The position numbers and the translations under genes were made by a program. A stretch of 32,000 bases of DNA, taken from contig NC_010296.1 in assembly GCF_000010625.1 (NCBI RefSeq), positions 2,190,001-2,222,000 on the forward strand, read 5' to 3'. Of the stretch, positions 27,616-32,000 are shown piece after piece; positions within the stretch are counted from its first letter, which is position 1; the number at the start of each line of letters is the position of its first letter. The notes beneath the pieces are model-generated. The model saw only the letters and a list, made by a program, of their open reading frames with translations, searched no databases and was not told the DNA's origin. Source of the DNA: Microcystis aeruginosa NIES-843 (lineage in GTDB: Bacteria > Cyanobacteriota > Cyanobacteriia > Cyanobacteriales > Microcystaceae).

Positions 27616-28218
27616 TTATTTTATCTCCGTGGTGATAGATTTATACATCACAGTCAAACGATCAAAGATGTGAGAGTTTCCTGTTTCTTGGTTATCGGGA
27701 TGATAGATCTTAGAAAGACGATAATAGGCATTTTTAATGTCTTCCTTGCTGGCAGTATTTGGATCAAGATCGAAAACACGATAGGGACGAAAATATTTAA
27801 AAATATTGATACCGTTGATACAATCTTTCCCCTGTTCGTAATCTTCTTCGGGAAGAATACCGATATATTTCCTGTAGATAACCTCCCAACTTTCTCGCTG
27901 AGATAAATTGATGTTATCAAAGGCTCTAGTAGCCATTTGAAACATACTCGATTTTTTTAGTTCTGTGGTATTGTTAACCTCAAAATAGGCATAAACTGCC
28001 TGTTTAAGTTGCGTTAGAGTTAAAGGTTTAACTTTTGAGCTTGTGGTGGTGGTGGCTGTAGTTTTTGATTTAGTTAACGATGGTTTGGGAGACTTTTTAC
28101 GGTGGTTTTTGATGACAAAATCGGCAAAATCTTCGAGAATACGACTTTCGATCGAGTATTGCTCACAGATATGACTAATCTGCTCTAAAATGAGCGAGTT
28201 AAGAGGATTAGTGGTCAT
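27616..28218 (-). CDS. J-domain (DnaJ-like) protein with an unrecognised 130-aa N-terminal region
   Basis: C-terminal YRVFDLDPNTASKEDIKNAYYRLSKIYHPDNQ carries the HPD tripeptide in the canonical J-domain helix II-III context. It has no Gly/Phe or zinc-finger regions. The ATG at 28218 is preferred to the TTG at 28239. Confidence 0.7.
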   Translation of the reverse strand: MTTNPLNSLILEQISHICEQYSIESRILEDFADFVIKNHRKKSPKPSLTKSKTTATTTTSSKVKPLTLTQLKQAVYAYFEVNNTTELKKSSMFQMATRAFDNINLSQRESWEVIYRKYIGILPEEDYEQGKDCINGINIFKYFRPYRVFDLDPNTASKEDIKNAYYRLSKIYHPDNQETGNSHIFDRLTVMYKSITTEIK

Positions 28219-28870
28219 AATTTCCCTAAGAAGCTGCAAAAAATCTAGCCTTTCTTATCAAGATGAAGTGTAGGCTAATTTGGTATGAACGACCGACGAC
28301 TGACTCCCGAAAACTTCCTATCCTAAATTAATACCACAGCAGTGGCCACTTTATCAAGTGGTTAATCATAAAAAAAATTGCTGGCATATTATAGATTTAA
28401 GTCAATAAATGGGCAGCCGTGGCTCTTCTAGGTTCTGTGTGATCAGTTTAACTTACTATAGAAGCGATCAATCTTTGTGTCCTCTGTGTCTGGAGTGGTT
28501 CCTTCCACTCCCTCCCCAGCAGGACTGTATCTTAGAATACATTTTACCCACCAAACCGAAGAGAGCTGCAGCCGTTTAGCTAGGCAGTCATTCTAAAGAT
28601 AAGATTCCCAAGAGCGATGGTAAAGTTGAGACTAGAATTGAGGAGACAGTCGGGAAATTTTTACCTAATCAAGAAAAGATGGCTCTCTGAGTCTTTGGGT
28701 GAAAAATGTTCACCACGTCACATTATGCACGGAAGCTTTCATAGGTGGCAACTTAAGCAAGAAGCTTAATTATCAAGAGTAGCTGATCATCCAAGGGGAA
28801 GGACGTAAAAAATGGTAAAATAAGGCAGATAAATCTAACAATAATCCTAATTCCTACACCTACTATTTTT

Positions 28871-29875
28871 TTAGGTTTTAGAGGGGAAGTAACCAAACAG
28901 TTTTTTATAATCAGAGGCCAGATATCCTCGGTGAAAAAAACCTAATTCTTCAGCAATTTCATAAATTAATTTTGTCTGATTATTTTGGTTAAGAGATTGA
29001 TGTAGAGCATTAAGACGAAGCAATTTAAAATAATTGTAAGGAGACATTTGATAGAAGTCTTTAAATATATATTCTAAGGTGCGTTGACTTACTTTTAAGT
29101 CTTGACAAATCGCTGGAATAGTAAGATCAGAACGCAGATTTTTTCTCATCATTTCTTCTGCTTTTTTGAGAATAGAGGTGCGTCTGATAGTGTTTTTAGG
29201 AGTTTTAATATCTTTGGTTACTGCTAAAGTCAAAAGAAAATCTTTGACAATTTCTTCTTTTAATTTTTGCTTGACAAAATTTAATCTTAATGCTTTTCTT
29301 TGCCCAGATATTTGTTGACGATCTAAATTAAATAGCATTTGATAAAGTTGATGACAAGATTGTTGGAGATGACGAATTTTTTCCGATGGGCAAATCACAA
29401 TAGAAGAAGCGGAAGAATTTAAAAACTTTTTCGCTTCTGGTAGCTCTAAAGTTTGGCACAATTGTTGCAGATAATTATCATGAACGTAAAGCTGAAAACG
29501 ATTGGAAAAAGGATGTTGAAAAACGGAAATTTCTGATTTAGGGGGGATAATCCCCAGATAGTTATTTTCTAATGGATACAAATTTTGGAAGAAGACAGAA
29601 TTCACCTGAACAGGAATCGCAAAAACCCACATTTTAGAATGGATTACTCCCGCAACATTCGTTAAACAATTACGTTGCGATAATTCTAACATCACTTCAT
29701 CGATGATGATCCTTGAAAGATACCCTTCAAAATGATCACCACTGAGTTGTAAAGCATCTACGTTGAGAAATTCTCGATTCTGAAAATAGCGAGAAAAGTC
29801 ACAAACATATTCACTTTTAAAGGTTAATTCCTGAGAATTAATTAAAATATTGGTTTTATTGTCAAAAATAAACAT
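28871..29875 (-). CDS. AraC-family transcriptional regulator
   Basis: C-terminal double HTH (LTIPAICQDLKVSQRTLEYIFKDFYQMSPYNYFKLLRLNALHQSL...IYEIAEELGFFHRGYLASDYKKLFGYFPS). An N-terminal domain of about 220 aa is presumably the sensing domain. Confidence 0.85.
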   Translation of the reverse strand: MFIFDNKTNILINSQELTFKSEYVCDFSRYFQNREFLNVDALQLSGDHFEGYLSRIIIDEVMLELSQRNCLTNVAGVIHSKMWVFAIPVQVNSVFFQNLYPLENNYLGIIPPKSEISVFQHPFSNRFQLYVHDNYLQQLCQTLELPEAKKFLNSSASSIVICPSEKIRHLQQSCHQLYQMLFNLDRQQISGQRKALRLNFVKQKLKEEIVKDFLLTLAVTKDIKTPKNTIRRTSILKKAEEMMRKNLRSDLTIPAICQDLKVSQRTLEYIFKDFYQMSPYNYFKLLRLNALHQSLNQNNQTKLIYEIAEELGFFHRGYLASDYKKLFGYFPSKT

Positions 29876-30076
29876 CTATATATAACTATTTGGTTATTGA
29901 GTAAAGTTAAAATTTTTTTGCCCATCAATTTAAAAACTTGCGTTTTTTGGATCATCTTAGCATAGAAGACTGAGTAGTATGAGTTAAAGCAGAGTTGGTT
30001 TGTTAATTTTGTCCATCAGTGTAATTCCAGCTAAATCTCTCACTTTTTTCCGTTATCAATTACTAAGGAGATTTCG

Positions 30077-30712
30077 ATGGCTAAACAATATATGCCACTT
30101 GAAGATTGCTCTGGGTCTGCGGTATTGGGTGGAGAAATTCCGCAATTACGTCCCCCAGCATTTTCTGATCACCCACAATATACCACATTTAGCTATACCT
30201 ATCATCCAGGGGGATCAGAAATTTCCGAAGCTGTTGCCCCTAATATTAGCACTCGTTTCTATGCCATCGAAGCAACTATTGATTTCTCCAACGCTAAAGG
30301 GGACTTACAAGGTGTTCTGATGGCGCACGGCGGATGTTTTGGTGGACATAGTTTCTACATCTATCAGGGAAAACTATGTTATGTCTATAACTGGTTAGGA
30401 CAACAACAGAAGATCACTTGTGATCTTCCTCGTCTTAGTAGCGAGGTGACACTCAAAGTTGAATTTGCCAAACCAAAGATAATCGCCCCTTCCGATGAAA
30501 AGTTGGGTAACAGCACAATAGATAAGATGAAACTGTATATTAATAACATCGAACAAAATGTCGATATTATAAGAACTTTATCAAATCATACTCCTAACTT
30601 CCTAACTCAATATAAACACGAGATTCCTTACGAGTTTCAAGGTGCGAAGCTGCAAAGAATTATCGTTACCATTACCAATGATATTATACTAAATCCCTTG
30701 AGTAAAGGCTAG
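30077..30712 (+). CDS. Stand-alone protein homologous to the C-terminal domain of large arylsulfatases (no catalytic sulfatase domain)
   Basis: YTYHPGGSEISEAVAPNISTRFYAIEATIDF...GVLMAHGGCFGGHSFYIYQGKLCYVYNWLG matches the conserved C-terminal module of arylsulfatases of about 780 aa. It has its own SD (AAGGAG 7 nt upstream) and an in-frame stop at 30032-30034. Confidence 0.65.
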   Translation: MAKQYMPLEDCSGSAVLGGEIPQLRPPAFSDHPQYTTFSYTYHPGGSEISEAVAPNISTRFYAIEATIDFSNAKGDLQGVLMAHGGCFGGHSFYIYQGKLCYVYNWLGQQQKITCDLPRLSSEVTLKVEFAKPKIIAPSDEKLGNSTIDKMKLYINNIEQNVDIIRTLSNHTPNFLTQYKHEIPYEFQGAKLQRIIVTITNDIILNPLSKG

Positions 30713-30733
30713 TTATGAGGAGAGGCAAAAGGC

Positions 30734-30850
30734 AACCCCCCCGACGTCGGGGGGTTGATTCATAGTAGGGTTGATTCATGAATCAACCCTACCTTGATCC
30801 CCCCTTAATACTAGGGCGTTGACAATCCCCGCACTAAAGCGACGGGGATT
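30734..30850. repeat. Cluster of palindromes: C6-7GACGTCG6 hairpin (30734-30756), perfect 28-bp palindrome GTAGGGTTGATTCATGAATCAACCCTAC (30765-30792), GATCCCCCCTTAATA fragment (30796-30810), and hairpin AATCCCCG-11 nt-CGGGGATT (30824-30850)
   Basis: All read directly. The first hairpin begins 22 nt after the stop of the sulfatase-domain ORF and could act as its terminator. Confidence 0.85.
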
Positions 30851-30887
30851 CTTGGTTCAAAGAGATTACTTGCGTAAAATCGGTCAA

Positions 30888-31073
30888 CTAGAAATGACGG
30901 GAAACGATTTTTTCGATGGTTGCTTGGGTATCCTGCAGCAGTTTCTCGCGACTATCGCTAGTATTAGTCAGACTAGGCACGAGATTACGAGCTTGTAAAG
31001 CCATGTGAAGCTGTAGTTGAGCTACATACTCGCGGATATCTTCACGGGTTTCCGATTGGTTAGGATGAAACAT
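30888..31073 (-). CDS. Hypothetical 61-aa helical protein
   Basis: ATG-initiated ORF with no overlap. No recognised family, so coding status is uncertain. Confidence 0.3.
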   Translation of the reverse strand: MFHPNQSETREDIREYVAQLQLHMALQARNLVPSLTNTSDSREKLLQDTQATIEKIVSRHF

Positions 31074-31333
31074 AGAGAAACTGGAAGGGTCTGTCTAGCT
31101 GATGGTGTCTTGTCGATAACTCCTATACAAGTTATCACGAGAGCTTAGGTTCCAGTCAAGGGTCGGCCGCAACTCTACACATTTCTCAACACAACTTATC
31201 TCTCTTTCATCAATCTAAGAGAGTTAAAATGAGAAGAAAAGCCTGAAACCGAGACAGAGACTATGGTTAAGCCTAGACCCGCCCAACGGTCAAATCTGTA
31301 GATATTTAGGGTTTGCGGCAAAAAGTTTTTCGG

Positions 31334-31374
31334 TGGGGGCAGGGTGTGGGGTGTGGGGTGTGGGGTGTAGGGTT
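31334..31374. repeat. Short G-rich heptamer run (GGGTGTG x3-4), the inverse orientation of the CCCCACA array
   Basis: tgggggcagggtgtggggtgtggggtgtggggtgtagggt, bracketed by TCGGT...ACCGA. Confidence 0.85.
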
Positions 31375-31648
31375 TTACCGATTTTCATCTGCTCAATTAC
31401 CTAATTTTCAGGGAAAAAGTACCTGAATTTTCCCCCCGCTCACTCCCACGGCCGGTACTTTTGGATTGACAAAAAGTCTAAAAGTCTTATCCAGCAAGGT
31501 TTTTAGATTTATTCAGCAAGTCCTAACTATAACAATCTAGAAAATATAATTACTTGTGCAACAATGGTAATTCGCCTCAGACAGTGATGCAATTCAGACT
31601 TGAATTGGCCTCAGCGCCTCTCGAACCTAGGAAATTAATTTGGCATGA

Positions 31649-32000
31649 TTACTTAATTTCTACGGGTTCTAAATTATCAGCAGGAGTAAAACCAAAGAGA
31701 CGGGAATAAAAATAAAATTCTGCATCTAATGCTCGTTTTATCGATTCAGCTTGACGAAATCCGTGTTGTTCTCCCGCAAAGGGAACGTAAGCGACGGGTA
31801 AACCTTTTGCTTTTAAAGCTTGTACCATCATTTCCGCTTGATTGGGTGGAACCACTCGGTCTTCTAAACCTTGGAAAAAGATCACTGGACAGGATAACTG
31901 AGCGGTAAAATGAATAGGCGATCGCTGATAGTAAATTTCCTTTTCTTGAGGATAAAGTCCCACCAATTTATCTAAATATCTCGACTCGAATTTATGGGTA
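31649..32000 (-). CDS. C-terminal part of an S9-family serine peptidase (prolyl oligopeptidase / acylaminoacyl-peptidase-like); the 5' end lies beyond the window
   Basis: [56 protein letters not shown] contains the catalytic Asp and His region. The frame stays open past the TTG at 31966 to the window edge ([11 protein letters not shown]...). Confidence 0.8.
   Translation of the reverse strand, partial: THKFESRYLDKLVGLYPQEKEIYYQRSPIHFTAQLSCPVIFFQGLEDRVVPPNQAEMMVQALKAKGLPVAYVPFAGEQHGFRQAESIKRALDAEFYFYSRLFGFTPADNLEPVEIK

Noticed and set aside
30000-30320. A 106-aa ORF overlapping the 5' end of the sulfatase-domain gene
   Set aside because: It has a non-ATG start and a hydrophobic low-complexity translation. 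It overlaps a frame that has clear family similarity and a good SD.
30821-30862. A sequence resembling a CRISPR repeat (GTTGACAATCCCCGCACTAAAGCGACGGGGATTCTTGGTTCAAAG), with an internal hairpin and GTT...AAAG-like ends
   Set aside because: It is a single copy, with no spacer-repeat periodicity and no cas genes in the window. It is better explained as one of several clustered hairpin elements.

Overview
This is a cyanobacterial chromosomal segment. The octamer GCGATCGC (HIP1) recurs throughout (e.g. 531-538, 1961-1968), and a complete phycocyanin operon is present. Gene content and repeat style fit Microcystis best, but that is inference because no search was run. All family assignments come from reading motifs in the supplied translations, not from BLAST or HMM searches.

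Housekeeping and photosynthesis genes: ureG, maf, a CyanoP/PsbP-like gene, a Psb34-like small protein, trpS, a PSII S4-domain protein, argB, an M20 amidohydrolase, cpcB-cpcA-cpcC-cpcC, ribBA and ddl.

Accessory-looking genes: an orphan SPPY DNA methyltransferase, two Uma2 (DUF820) nuclease-fold proteins, a 682-aa Dnd-associated-type putative methyltransferase with an internal domain duplication, hicAB, and an efflux adaptor with no adjacent pump. An AT-rich block at about 26.4-31.6 kb carries a transposase fragment, a tightly coupled J-domain / HNH gene pair, an AraC regulator and a stand-alone arylsulfatase C-terminal domain.

The DNA is rich in short repeats:
- Heptamer (STRR-like) arrays, including a run of 58 perfect CCCCACA units just upstream of the cpcBA promoter region.
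- GTAGG...CCTAC palindromic elements.
- A C6-TTAATAA-G6 hairpin repeat.

I recognised no tRNA, rRNA, CRISPR array, integrase or intact IS.

The best candidates for something undescribed are the J-domain + tandem-HTH/HNH operon with its 630-bp spacer (no ORF of 60 aa or more), the giant G-quadruplex-type heptamer array, and the duplicated-domain methyltransferase next to Uma2. None of these can be shown to be a functional system from sequence alone.
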